DNA of 64,000 nucleotides from Candidatus Nomurabacteria bacterium RIFCSPHIGHO2_01_FULL_37_25 (GCA_001786765.1 MFTH01000016.1:21666-85665); one strand, 5' to 3'. Counted from the stretch's first letter, positions 7,823-16,818 are shown. The notes: generated by a model from the letters alone, not told the origin. Numbers and translations are program-made.

Positions 7823-8848
7823 CTATCTTGCGTGTATATAAAGATATATATCCTCGAGAGCGCGGACGGCGTCGCCAGCGGCGATGTTGTTTTGATGATA
7901 TAGGACATTAGTGCAGTCTCCTGCCGCCCAGATACCGGGAATTTCTGTTTTTTGGGACCAAGCGTCAATTTTGATTCTTCCATATTCATCAAGTGGCACA
8001 AGGCTTTTAGCAAAATCAGTGTTTGGGATTTGTCCGATTTCCACAAAAATACCAGAGACTTTTAATTCTTTCTCTCCGCCTGCTTCCGACTCGGGAGGGC
8101 GAGCAGGTTTATAAATTATTCCTTCTACAAATTTATCGCCTTGCACTTCTAAGATTTCAATATTTTTTATTAATTTCATTTTTGGATTTTTCAAAACTTT
8201 TTCCACCGTTATTTCATCTGCGCGAAGAGTGTTGCTACGATTGAGAAGAGTTACAGATTTGCAATATGCCAGAAGTTGCGCGGCTGTTTCAAAGCCGGCA
8301 TTGCCTCCGCCGATTACAGCTACATCCATTTCCGAAAAAAGAGGTCCATCGCAAGAAGCGCAATAGGTGAGACCTTTGTGTTCAAGTTTGTCTGCATTTT
8401 TAGCAACAAGCTTCCTGCGTCCGCTTCCGCTCGTTATTAAAATTGTTTTAGTTAAAAACTCTTCACCTGATTCTATTTTGACAGAAAAATTCCCATCCTT
8501 TTTTTCTTTGGTGGAGGCGTTGCCTCCGCCATTTGACGGAAGCAAGGCTTCCGTAATGCTGATTACTTTTTCCCCTTCTTTTACTAGCAGGGTAGAACCT
8601 AAGTTTTCAGACTCTTTTATATTTTCCGTGCCTATGGCATTCGCCATTACATGTTTTTTTAAATTTTCCGCTAATTCATTACCAGAGATCAAGGTGGTGC
8701 CTATCCAATTGTAAATCTGTTCAGATACGATAGATTGTCCGCCCCATTCGGTGGTGATAAGAATAGTTCGGAGTCTTTTTCTAGAAGCATACACAGCCGC
8801 CGCCGTGCCCGCTGGCCCGCCTCCAATTATTATTAAGTCGTATGTCAT
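7823..8848 (-). CDS. trxB: Thioredoxin reductase / AhpF-like FAD oxidoreductase with in-frame insertions
   Basis: IIGGGPAG, YCASCDG, VIGGGNAG and PGIWAAGD motifs. Start placed at MTYDL. Confidence 0.88.
   Translation of the reverse strand: MTYDLIIIGGGPAGTAAAVYASRKRLRTILITTEWGGQSIVSEQIYNWIGTTLISGNELAENLKKHVMANAIGTENIKESENLGSTLLVKEGEKVISITEALLPSNGGGNASTKEKKDGNFSVKIESGEEFLTKTILITSGSGRRKLVAKNADKLEHKGLTYCASCDGPLFSEMDVAVIGGGNAGFETAAQLLAYCKSVTLLNRSNTLRADEITVEKVLKNPKMKLIKNIEILEVQGDKFVEGIIYKPARPPESEAGGEKELKVSGIFVEIGQIPNTDFAKSLVPLDEYGRIKIDAWSQKTEIPGIWAAGDCTNVLYHQNNIAAGDAVRALEDIYLYIHAR
8075..8107 (-). repeat. Family C 33-bp element in frame in trxB (PARPPESEAGG)
   Basis: cctgctcgccctcccgagtcggaagcaggcgga matches the murF and rpoB copies. 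Confidence 0.82.
8513..8552. repeat. Imperfect hairpin insertion in trxB (EALLPSNGGGNAS)
   Basis: ggaggcgttgcctccgcc-attt-gacggaagcaaggcttcc is an imperfect inverted repeat. Confidence 0.65.
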
Positions 8849-8871
8849 AATTTCATTATACACTATACATG

Positions 8872-8981
8872 GAATTTTAAAAATGTACTTTTGCAGGGGT
8901 TTCGAGGCTGTCGAGCCGAGAACTTCAGGATTTTTTAAGCTTCAAAAAATCCGTACCGGAAAAAGTACATTTTTAAAATTC
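8872..8981 (+). repeat. Family A multi-stem repeat, copy 3
   Basis: Perfect 21-bp arms gaattttaaaaatgtactttt / aaaagtacatttttaaaattc around the conserved core. Confidence 0.92.
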
Positions 8982-8992
8982 TAGCCTGCTTT

Positions 8993-10183
8993 TTATTTCT
9001 TGCGTCTCAAAAATGCTGGAACAGCGCTCCAGTCATCACCATCATCTTCTATGATGATATCTTTTATAGGTTCTATTTTTTTGTCTGTTTTATTTATGAA
9101 ACTAACATTAACATTCCCATTTTTTATAGTGTTATTTATTTCTTTTTTTGCCAAAACCACATTCTCTTCTTTAAGTAGTATTTGATTAGAAGTTCCTGAT
9201 CCGCTAAAGAGATTTTGACGAGGAGCATCAGCAGGGAAGTTGGTAGCGATAACTGTAACTTTCAATTCACCCTTTTTCAATTTTTCATCACGAATTGTAC
9301 CGAAGATTACCTTCGCGTCTTTGTCGATTGACTCTGTGATTATTTTGGCCGCTTCTTGGATTTCATGAATAGCTAGGTCGTCTCCGCCAGAAATCGCAAA
9401 GAGCACGCCTTTAGCTCCGTGGATTGAAACTTCAAGGAGCGGAGAGTTAATAGCGGCTACAGCGGCTTTTTCAGCTCTTTTTTCACCTGAAGCGGTACCG
9501 ATACCCATAAGCGCGCTGCCAGCATCTTTCATTACAGCTTTAATATCCGCGAAATCAACATTGATGATGCCAGGAGTCGTGATAAGGTCTGAAATACCTT
9601 CCACAGCTTGGCGCAGAACATTGTCGCAATTAGCAAAAGCATCTTTAAAATTGGTATTTTTATCAGACAACTGAAGCAACTTATCATTTGGAATAACAAT
9701 AATCGCGTCCACTTCTTTAGATAATTCTTCGATGCCTTTTTCGGCCATTTTCATTCTGTGAGTTCCTTCAAAGAAAAAAGGTTTGGTGACGACAGCAACA
9801 GTGAGTATGCCTTGTTCTCTAGTCGCGCGAGCCACGATCGGAGCCGCGCCTGTGCCCGTGCCTCCACCCATTCCACAAGCAATAAAAACCATATCTGCCC
9901 CCTTGATAACATCTTGGATTTCAGATTTTGTTTCTTCAGCCGCTTTTTTCCCAACTTCTGGGTCCATGCCAGCGCCTAGACCTTTTGTAAGATTTTTCCC
10001 TATGTGAATTTTTTTCTCAGCCAGAGAATGATGCAGGTCTTGCGTGTCAGTATTCATACAGATAAAAGAGACTCCCTTGACCTTAGAATTTATCATATGG
10101 TTGATAGTGTTTTTACCTGATCCTCCTATTCCGACAACCATAATCCGAGCGAAACTCTCTATTTCTTGATTTATTTTTGGCAT
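8993..10183 (-). CDS. ftsZ: Cell division protein FtsZ
   Basis: GMGGGTGTG tubulin motif, INVDFAD, C-terminal VPAFLRRK. Confidence 0.98.
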   Translation of the reverse strand: MPKINQEIESFARIMVVGIGGSGKNTINHMINSKVKGVSFICMNTDTQDLHHSLAEKKIHIGKNLTKGLGAGMDPEVGKKAAEETKSEIQDVIKGADMVFIACGMGGGTGTGAAPIVARATREQGILTVAVVTKPFFFEGTHRMKMAEKGIEELSKEVDAIIVIPNDKLLQLSDKNTNFKDAFANCDNVLRQAVEGISDLITTPGIINVDFADIKAVMKDAGSALMGIGTASGEKRAEKAAVAAINSPLLEVSIHGAKGVLFAISGGDDLAIHEIQEAAKIITESIDKDAKVIFGTIRDEKLKKGELKVTVIATNFPADAPRQNLFSGSGTSNQILLKEENVVLAKKEINNTIKNGNVNVSFINKTDKKIEPIKDIIIEDDGDDWSAVPAFLRRKK

Positions 10184-10199
10184 AATTTTTATTACATTA

Positions 10200-10237
10200 A
10201 TCCCGACCGTCTGTCGGGATCCCGACTATGGTCGGGA
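10200..10237. repeat. Family F double hairpin (cccgac..gtcggg x2), copy 1, between ftsA and ftsZ
   Basis: atcccgaccgtctgtcgggatcccgactatggtcggga; relatives at 14779 and 16317. Confidence 0.85.
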
Positions 10238-10315
10238 CTTATATAAAAACATACTAGCATCAAAAGAAAAAAAAGCAAATTTTTTGTAAAAATCTAAAAA
10301 AAACTTTTGAGAAAG

Positions 10316-11479
10316 TTACGGCATTAGTTGTTTTATGCTTGACTTTATTGTGTTTTTTAGGTCTTTTAATAAACCTTTAAATGAACCTTCAGAATGATTG
10401 TCATTGTCTTTGCCTGACACTATTAAACCAAGAGGAATAAACCAAGCCGAGTCGCGAAGTTTTGTTTTTAGGTTGCCAAAAATTTGAGTTTTTCCAATAC
10501 TTGCTGGAAGTTTGAGTGTAGATTTTGAAAGCTCTTCAATTCCCGGGATATTCGCTCCACCGCCTGTAAATACGATACCTGCAGGCAGGAGTCCAGATCT
10601 TTTTATTTTCTTTAAATGATTTTCTATAAGTTCAAAAATATCAGATAGACGCGCTTCAATAATTTCATCTAGTTTCTTTTTTGAAAAATCTTCTTCAATA
10701 TCTCCTTGTTTAAAACTTTCCGCTTTTTCTAGAGAAATCTTGAATCCTAAAGCGATATCATTTGTGATATCAGAAGAGCCGATAGAAAAGGTATGAATTG
10801 ATATTGGTAATCCATTTTCAAAAACAGAAAGTGATGTTGTCTGGCATCCTATATCCACTAAAGCCACTCCCATTATTTTTTGTTTTTCAGATAATATAAT
10901 TTGGCTAAGAGCAATAGGGGAAGCAATTATATCAATAGTTTCTACTCCTGCTTTTTCTATTACGGTAATTAAGTCTTCTAGATGTTGCATAGAATAAGTA
11001 ACAACCAAAGCTTTTATTTCAAGTTTAGTTCCACGCATACCTTCTAATCTACCTAGAACTTCTTTCCCATCTAAACGATAAGAAATAGGAAAACTCTGAA
11101 TAATTTTTTTATTATTTAGATTTACATTATCTTCACAGTCTTGCAGAGCTTTGTTTATATCTAAATTAGTTACCTCATCATCAGCTTTGGAAATAATCGT
11201 TGAGCCGATACTTGTCTCTCCCCGCAAACTTACACCACCGATTGAAATAAATGCGCGTTTTATTTTTATACCCGAAGATTTTTCAGCTATTAGGACAGCA
11301 TTTTTTACTGAGATTATTGCAAGCTGGGAATCAACAACATATCCGTGTCGCACACCTAAACTTTCAGCTTCGCCACCGCCAATAATTCTAGGATTTTTTT
11401 CTCCTTTTAAAAATTCTCCCACCACGACTCTCGTCATTGAGGAGCCTAGGTCTATTCCCACTAAAATATTTCTCATCAT
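10316..11479 (-). CDS. ftsA: Cell division protein FtsA
   Basis: VGIDLGSS, LVDIG, ITNDIA and FTGGGA motifs; adjacent to ftsZ. Confidence 0.95.
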   Translation of the reverse strand: MMRNILVGIDLGSSMTRVVVGEFLKGEKNPRIIGGGEAESLGVRHGYVVDSQLAIISVKNAVLIAEKSSGIKIKRAFISIGGVSLRGETSIGSTIISKADDEVTNLDINKALQDCEDNVNLNNKKIIQSFPISYRLDGKEVLGRLEGMRGTKLEIKALVVTYSMQHLEDLITVIEKAGVETIDIIASPIALSQIILSEKQKIMGVALVDIGCQTTSLSVFENGLPISIHTFSIGSSDITNDIALGFKISLEKAESFKQGDIEEDFSKKKLDEIIEARLSDIFELIENHLKKIKRSGLLPAGIVFTGGGANIPGIEELSKSTLKLPASIGKTQIFGNLKTKLRDSAWFIPLGLIVSGKDNDNHSEGSFKGLLKDLKNTIKSSIKQLMP

Positions 11480-11840
11480 ATTTTCTTTCCGCTTTTTCCA
11501 TTGTACTACTATGTGTCATTCCTTTCAAATGAAGCATTCCGTGGATAACTAAAAACCCCAAGAATTGATCAAAGGTTTTAGAAAAATCTTTTGCTTCTCT
11601 CTTTACAACAGTCGGACACAGAATAAGCTCTCCCTCGTTCTCGCGTAAAGAAAAAGAAAGGATGTTGGTCGCTCTATCTTTCTTTCGATATTTTTTATTT
11701 ATTTCTTTAGATTTATTTTCGGCAACATAAGCTATGGATAGAGAATACTTTTTACCTAAAATATCGTTTTTTATTTTCAAAAACGGCAAAGGGGGGAGCT
11801 TGCTTTTTGTTTTGTTTATTATGGAGAAATTTTCTTCCAT
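11388..11840 (-). CDS. ybeY: rRNA maturation endoribonuclease YbeY
   Basis: NKKYRKKDRATNILSF and HGMLHLKGMTH metal motif. Confidence 0.92.
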   Translation of the reverse strand: MEENFSIINKTKSKLPPLPFLKIKNDILGKKYSLSIAYVAENKSKEINKKYRKKDRATNILSFSLRENEGELILCPTVVKREAKDFSKTFDQFLGFLVIHGMLHLKGMTHSSTMEKAERKYDEKYFSGNRPRLLNDESRGGRIFKRRKKS

Positions 11841-11842
11841 AA

Positions 11843-12076
11843 TTATTTAGTTGCCATCTTGCCAAGTTTTTTGAGTTTCTCTATTTCTTTTCTGCGAGCC
11901 ATCCTTTTAAGAGCGCTCTTTTTTACTTTGAGTTTGGATTCTTTTCGGACATTATAACGAGAGCCTTTCACTTTGCGGATTATGCCTGATTCTTGAATTT
12001 TACGCGAAAAACGACGCAAAATGCTTGAATTATTTTCATTTGGATTTTTCTTGACCTGTATTACAGTCTTTGCCAT
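11843..12076 (-). CDS. rpsU: 30S ribosomal protein bS21
   Basis: IQVKKNPNEN..SILRRFSRKIQESGII; small and basic. Confidence 0.8.
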   Translation of the reverse strand: MAKTVIQVKKNPNENNSSILRRFSRKIQESGIIRKVKGSRYNVRKESKLKVKKSALKRMARRKEIEKLKKLGKMATK

Positions 12077-12135
12077 ATACAAAAGACTAGCATATAATTG
12101 ACTCTTTTGTCAAAAAAAGATAACATTCATAGATT

Positions 12136-12618
12136 ATGAATCAAGTAGTTAATTATATAACTGAAGAAAAAAGAAAAGAGCTGAAAGTTGAACTAGAAGA
12201 ATTAAAAGGACCTAAAAGAAAAGAAATTTTAGCTGCTTTGAAGTATGCTAAATCATTAGGCGACTTATCAGAGAATGCGGAATATCATCAAACTCGTGAA
12301 GACCAAGGCAAGCTTGAAGAACGTATTGTCAAGATAGAACAAATTTTACAGTCTTCGCAAAATTTTTCTAGACGTGGAGGAGATGTTGTTGAAGTAGGCT
12401 CTAAAGTAATTGTGCAAAAGCTTGGAACGCAAACCAAAAATGTCGGCGAAGATATAATCTATACTATAGTAGGATCTGAAGAGGCAGATATGACAAAGGG
12501 TAAAATCTCTCATAGGTCTCCTTTTGGAGAAGCGCTTTTTGGCAAAAAGAAAGGCGAAAATATTTCATTTAAGACTCCAGGCGGGGTAGTTAATTATAAA
12601 ATAATAAATGTAAGTTAA
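12136..12618 (+). CDS. greA: Transcription elongation factor GreA
   Basis: GDLSENAEY and ISHRSPFGEAL motifs. Confidence 0.97.
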   Translation: MNQVVNYITEEKRKELKVELEELKGPKRKEILAALKYAKSLGDLSENAEYHQTREDQGKLEERIVKIEQILQSSQNFSRRGGDVVEVGSKVIVQKLGTQTKNVGEDIIYTIVGSEEADMTKGKISHRSPFGEALFGKKKGENISFKTPGGVVNYKIINVS

Positions 12619-12645
12619 CCCGCCTTTGTTAGAGCTTTGGCGAGG
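12619..12645 (+). repeat. Family E short repeat right after the greA stop
   Basis: cccgcctttgttagagctttggcgagg. Confidence 0.6.
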
Positions 12646-12655
12646 AAAATAAAAT

Positions 12656-14119
12656 ATGTCTTCAATTGATGAAATTAGAGATATTAGAATAAAAAAACTT
12701 GAGCTCTTAAAGAGTAGAGGTTTGAACCCGTATCCAGCGGAGTCAAACAGAGAGATTTCTTTGAAAGAGGCTATAGAGAATTTTGATAATCTAGAAAAAA
12801 CAAAAGATATGAAATGGATAGCAGGACGAGTTATGTCTATCCGCGGGCAAGGCGCGATTGTTTTTATAACACTAAATGACGGCACCGCTTCTTTTCAGGG
12901 TTTGTTTAAAAAAGATATTCTGGGTGATGATAAATTTAGTTTTTTTAACGAAGTAGTTGATATTGGTGATTTTATAGAAATCAAAGGAAGTTTTTTTGCA
13001 ACCCAAAGAAAAGAGAAAACACTAGAAGTCAAAGATTGGCGTATGCTCTCTAAAAGTTTGCGACCACTGCCAGAAAAGTGGCATGGACTCGTAGATGTGG
13101 AGGAAAGATTTAGAAAAAGGTATCTAGATATTTTAATGAATCCTGAATTAAAAGAACTTTTTGAAAAGAAGGCGAAGTTTTGGGAGGCGACTCGTAATTT
13201 TTTGAAAAAAGAAAATTTCCTAGAAGTTGAAACACCAACGCTTGAAATCACGACCGGTGGAGCAGAAGCCCGACCATTTAAAACTCATCATAATGATTTT
13301 GATATAGATGTTTATATGAGAATATCGGTGGGTGAGCTCTGGCAAAAGAGATTACTCGCGGCTGGTTTTCCTAGAGTTTTTGAAATTGGTAGAGTTTATA
13401 GAAACGAGGGATCAAGTCCGGAACATACCCAAGAATTTACCAGTATGGAATTTTACGCAGGGTATATGGATTACAAACAGGGAATTGAATTTACAGAAAA
13501 AATGATTAAAGAAGTTGTCATGGAAAGTTTTGGCACACTTGTTTTTGAAATACATGGACACAAAATTGATTTATCTAAAAAATGGGAACATATTCTTTAT
13601 GTTGATACAATAAAAGAAAACTCAGGTATTGATGTGCTATCGGTTACAGAAAAAGAAATGATGAAAAAACTAGATGAGCTTGGAGTGAAATATGAAGGCA
13701 CAAATAAAGAGCGTTTGACTGACTCGCTCTGGAAATATTGCCGAAAGCAAATAAAAGGACCGGTGTGGCTTATTGATGTGCCAAAACTTGTTTCTCCACT
13801 TTCAAAAATAAAACCAGAAAACCCACTACTCACTGAACGCGCGCAGCTCATCTTGGCGGGAGCGGAAATGACTAATGGATTTTCAGAATTAAATGATCCG
13901 ATAGATCAGAAGGAACGTTTTGAAGTGCAAAAGAAATTAATTGAAGGGGGAGATAAAGAAGCAATGATGCCAGATGATGAATTTGTGGAAATGTTGGAAC
14001 ACGGCATGCCTCCAGCTTTTGGTTTCGCTTATGGGGAGAGACTCTTTGCTTTTTTGGTAGATAAACCGCTCCGCGAGACGCAATTTTTTCCATTAATGAG
14101 ACCTTTAAATAAAGATTAA
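12656..14119 (+). CDS. lysS: Lysyl-tRNA synthetase, class II
   Basis: RPLPEKWHGL, GGAEARPF, YRNEG, FSELNDP and GMPP motifs. Confidence 0.97.
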   Translation: MSSIDEIRDIRIKKLELLKSRGLNPYPAESNREISLKEAIENFDNLEKTKDMKWIAGRVMSIRGQGAIVFITLNDGTASFQGLFKKDILGDDKFSFFNEVVDIGDFIEIKGSFFATQRKEKTLEVKDWRMLSKSLRPLPEKWHGLVDVEERFRKRYLDILMNPELKELFEKKAKFWEATRNFLKKENFLEVETPTLEITTGGAEARPFKTHHNDFDIDVYMRISVGELWQKRLLAAGFPRVFEIGRVYRNEGSSPEHTQEFTSMEFYAGYMDYKQGIEFTEKMIKEVVMESFGTLVFEIHGHKIDLSKKWEHILYVDTIKENSGIDVLSVTEKEMMKKLDELGVKYEGTNKERLTDSLWKYCRKQIKGPVWLIDVPKLVSPLSKIKPENPLLTERAQLILAGAEMTNGFSELNDPIDQKERFEVQKKLIEGGDKEAMMPDDEFVEMLEHGMPPAFGFAYGERLFAFLVDKPLRETQFFPLMRPLNKD

Positions 14120-14134
14120 AAATATCTCATAAAT

Positions 14135-14280
14135 AAAAAACTCAGGTAGTCATAGACTTCCTGAGCTGCTTTCGTCATCTTATATTAGATGACGAAATAA
14201 ATGGAGGGGGCACCCTACAACCTAGAGAAGGGGAATCTCTAGGTTTTTCCGTGGGAAATACGGTGCAGGGTACCCTCCCA
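14135..14280 (-). ncRNA. Putative structured small RNA, unit 1
   Basis: Promoter TTTACT-16-TAGTAT (-10 at 14287-14292); long branched 5' stem (14202-14280), second hairpin, then terminator hairpin plus U-tract. Confidence 0.6.
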
Positions 14281-14319
14281 CTTTCGATACTACAAAATCC
14301 AAACAAAAAGTAAAGAAAG

Positions 14320-14328
14320 TTGTCCACA
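14320..14328 (+). promoter_or_regulatory. DnaA-box-like TTGTCCACA within a 26-bp direct repeat
   Basis: aaaagtaaagaaagttRtccacagtt at 14306-14331 and 14677-14702. Confidence 0.55.
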
Positions 14329-14345
14329 GTTATATTTTTAAAAAT

Positions 14346-14476
14346 AAAAAATTCCCAAAAGGGAACCCTTCGGGAATTAGTGGTTTTATTTTAAAAAACC
14401 ACCGATTTTTGTTAGAGGCACCCAGAAGCCCGTTTAGGACAATTCCTAAACGGCGTGGTGCCTTGGATGCCTCTAA
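14346..14476 (-). ncRNA. Putative structured small RNA, unit 2
   Basis: Promoter TTGAGA-16-TATATT (-10 at 14484-14489); stem ttagaggcatcca / tgggtgcctctaa, second hairpin, terminator aattcccgaag..tttgggaatt plus U-tract. Confidence 0.6.
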
Positions 14477-14525
14477 TTTTTTTAATATACATAAAAATTA
14501 AAAAATCTCAAGCGCTTGTGGGCAA

Positions 14526-14653
14526 CTCGAGACTTTCTCGTGACGTCGTAAACGACGCCGATTTTTTGCCGATAATCAAGTTCCTCCGCATCCCCCTTCA
14601 TCCAATCTTTCGATCAAATGAAGGGGGCGACTGAGGTAGTTGTGGTCGGCAAA
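14526..14653 (-). ncRNA. Putative structured small RNA, unit 3
   Basis: Promoter TTTACT-17-TATACT (-10 at 14657-14662); ~90-nt hairpin capped by GAAA, then two small hairpins; no clear U-tract. Confidence 0.55.
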
Positions 14654-14690
14654 GGAAGTATAAAACTAATAAATATAAAAGTAAAGAAAG

Positions 14691-14699
14691 TTATCCACA
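14691..14699 (+). promoter_or_regulatory. Consensus DnaA box TTATCCACA
   Basis: Exact match to TTWTNCACA. Confidence 0.6.
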
Positions 14700-14745
14700 G
14701 TTTGGATTTGGTATTATTTTGTCTATGGAATACAATATATATCAG

Positions 14746-14769
14746 GTGGGAAAAAGTGGGAAAAGTGTT
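14746..14769 (+). promoter_or_regulatory. MraZ-binding direct repeats (GTGGG-N5-GTGGG-N4-GTG)
   Basis: gtgggaaaaagtgggaaaagtg upstream of mraZ matches the known ~10-bp-spaced GTGG repeats bound by MraZ. Confidence 0.75.
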
Positions 14770-14778
14770 AATAAAGTA

Positions 14779-14821
14779 ATCCCGACGTAAAGTCGGGACC
14801 CCGACCTAAAAGCGTCGGGGT
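14779..14821. repeat. Family F double hairpin, copy 2 (mraZ leader)
   Basis: atcccgacgtaaagtcgggaccccgacctaaaagcgtcggggt. Confidence 0.85.
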
Positions 14822-14834
14822 TTAGAAAAAAAAT

Positions 14835-15272
14835 ATGCTTATCGGAGAATATATACATACGATTGATGAAAAAAACAGAGTTTCAATACCGGTAAAGTTT
14901 CGCAAAGAGCTCGGTAAGAAAATTATTATCACACCTGGACTTGGTCAATGTTTGTTCATTTTTACAATTAAAGAATGGGAAAAGGTAAGCAAGAAACTTT
15001 CTGATTCGGATTCTGATTTATCTTTTTTGAAAGCTGATCAAAGAAGTTTTAACAGATATATGTTTGGAAGAGCGGTGGAAATAGAGTTTGATTCGATCGG
15101 CCGAATATTAATTCCTGATTTTCTGAAAGATAGAATCGGACTTGCGAATTCCGCGGCAATTGTCGGAGTAAAAGACAGAGTGGAAGTATGGAGTGAGAAA
15201 GCATGGTCGGAGCAAAAAGAAATCGTGGAAAAGCAGGCGGAACAGTTGGCGGAGAAGTTGGGAAGTTCCTAA
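14835..15272 (+). CDS. mraZ: Transcriptional regulator MraZ
   Basis: GEY.HTIDEKNRVSIP and DSIGRILIP motifs. Confidence 0.96.
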   Translation: MLIGEYIHTIDEKNRVSIPVKFRKELGKKIIITPGLGQCLFIFTIKEWEKVSKKLSDSDSDLSFLKADQRSFNRYMFGRAVEIEFDSIGRILIPDFLKDRIGLANSAAIVGVKDRVEVWSEKAWSEQKEIVEKQAEQLAEKLGSS

Positions 15273-15376
15273 AAACATAACTTTTTTCGGTACGAATTTT
15301 TCGAAGCTTGAAAAATTCTGAAGTTCTCGGCTCGTCAGCCTCGAAACCCCTGCAAAAGTTATTTTTTAGAAACTTC
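15262..15376 (-). repeat. Family A multi-stem repeat, copy 4; the left arm includes the last mraZ codons and stop
   Basis: Arms gaagttcctaaaaacataactttt / aaaagttattttttagaaacttc. Confidence 0.9.
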
Positions 15377-15384
15377 AAAAATAT

Positions 15385-16329
15385 ATGCACAGGACAGTTC
15401 TTTTAAATGAAGTTATAGATGGGTTGAATTTAGGCTCCGGTTCCATCGTCGTAGATGCAACATTTGGCGGCGGAGGGCATAGTCTGGAGATTTGTAAAAG
15501 ATATCCGAGTGTGAGGATAATTGCCTTAGATCAAGATCAAAGTGCTCTCGAAAAAGCCAAAAGTAAATTCAAAGATTCAAATTGTGATGTTACTTTTATA
15601 AATGCGAATTTTAGAGACCTAGATAGGGTGAACTTGGGAAATTTAAGCGTCGTGGGTTCCCTGTCCTCTGGTCTCCGAGGGCGAAGGCGCAAAAATTTTC
15701 CAAGTTCACCCGTAGACGGAATCATTTTTGATTTAGGTTTGAGTTCTGACCAGTTGGAGAATTCTGGACGAGGATTTTCTTTTCAAAAAGATGAACCACT
15801 TTTAATGACTATGAAAGAGAATCCAACTTCCGGAGATGTTACAGCGAAAGATGTTGTAAACACTTGGGGAGAAGATAGTTTAGCCGATATTATTTACGGT
15901 TATGGTGAAGAAAAGCAAGCTCGCAGAATCGCTAAAAGAATAGTGGAATTTAGGAAAAAACAGGAAATTAAAACCACCTTTGATTTGGTAAAAGTAATAG
16001 AAGAGGCGATTCCAGCCAAGTTTCGTAAAGGCAAAATCCATTATGCCACTAAAACTTTTCAGGCAATAAGGATAGCGGTAAATGATGAGTTGGGAGCGCT
16101 TGCCGAGGGTTTGGATAAAGGTTTTAAGTTATTGAAGGTAGGAGGGAGGATGTCGGTGATTTCTTTCCATAGTTTAGAGGACAGGATAGTAAAGAGATTT
16201 TTTAAGAAAAAAGCGGAAGAAAATTTAGCAAAGTTAATTAATAAAAAACCCATTATTGCTAAATTAGAAGAAATAAAAAATAATCCGAGGTCAAGAAGCG
16301 CAAAATTAAGAATTTTATCCCGACGCTAA
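15385..16329 (+). CDS. rsmH: 16S rRNA m4C1402 methyltransferase RsmH with an in-frame insertion
   Basis: DATFGGGGHS, DLGLSS, TFQAIRIAVNDEL, ISFHSLEDR and NPRSRSAKLR motifs. Confidence 0.97.
   Translation: MHRTVLLNEVIDGLNLGSGSIVVDATFGGGGHSLEICKRYPSVRIIALDQDQSALEKAKSKFKDSNCDVTFINANFRDLDRVNLGNLSVVGSLSSGLRGRRRKNFPSSPVDGIIFDLGLSSDQLENSGRGFSFQKDEPLLMTMKENPTSGDVTAKDVVNTWGEDSLADIIYGYGEEKQARRIAKRIVEFRKKQEIKTTFDLVKVIEEAIPAKFRKGKIHYATKTFQAIRIAVNDELGALAEGLDKGFKLLKVGGRMSVISFHSLEDRIVKRFFKKKAEENLAKLINKKPIIAKLEEIKNNPRSRSAKLRILSRR
15626..15711 (+). repeat. Family B element in frame in rsmH
   Basis: Core tttaagcgtcgtgggttccctgtcct...cgagggcgaaggcgcaa shared with 24892-24983; arms gggtgaacttgggaaattt / aaattttccaagttcaccc. 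Confidence 0.9.
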
Positions 16330-16365
16330 TTCGGGACCCCGACACAAATTTACTTGGCGTCGGGG
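16317..16365. repeat. Family F double hairpin, copy 3; supplies the last rsmH codons and stop (SRR*)
   Basis: atcccgacgctaattcgggaccccgac...gtcgggg. Confidence 0.8.
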
Positions 16366-16380
16366 GAAAAAGAAAAATAA

Positions 16381-16431
16381 CATGACCCTTCAATAAAAAT
16401 TCAGGGTCATGGTGAGTAAAATCGAACCATG
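16381..16431 (+). repeat. Family G repeat ending at the start codon of the ftsL-like gene
   Basis: catgacccttcaataaaaattcagggtcatggtgagtaaaatcgaaccATG resembles 42969-43047. Confidence 0.7.
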
Positions 16432-16818
16432 AAAACAATAAGTTCAAAATTAAATATGTATATAGAAAAAGTGAGTGTAATAAATAATAATATTGAAAAA
16501 CTTATTTTGAATCTTATTTTTTGTTCTTTTGGAGCGTTTGCATTGTTGTATGTTTTATTTTTAGGAAATATGGTTCATAATATTATAGAGCGTAGAAGTC
16601 TTGAAGCGAATGCGCGTGGACTTTCTAATGAAGTTAGAGATTTAGAACTTACTTATTTATCCATGTCTAGCAATGTTGACTTAGCCCTTTCGCATTCTCT
16701 GGGTTTTAAAGAGACAAAAACAATATTCGCAACTCGAAAACCTCTCACCTATGGATATACCGGCTTTAGACAGGGTGAATCTTTTGGCGGTGTAAAAGCA
16801 ATTCAAAATGACCTATAG
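16429..16818 (+). CDS. FtsL-like bitopic membrane protein
   Basis: TM helix plus coiled coil plus LGF; sits between rsmH and ftsI. Confidence 0.7.
   Translation: MKTISSKLNMYIEKVSVINNNIEKLILNLIFCSFGAFALLYVLFLGNMVHNIIERRSLEANARGLSNEVRDLELTYLSMSSNVDLALSHSLGFKETKTIFATRKPLTYGYTGFRQGESFGGVKAIQNDL

Noticed and set aside
14526-14653. SRP RNA or 6S RNA identity for the long hairpins
   Set aside because: No SRP domain IV motif (CAGG..GNRA..AGCAG), and no clear 6S central bubble or length.
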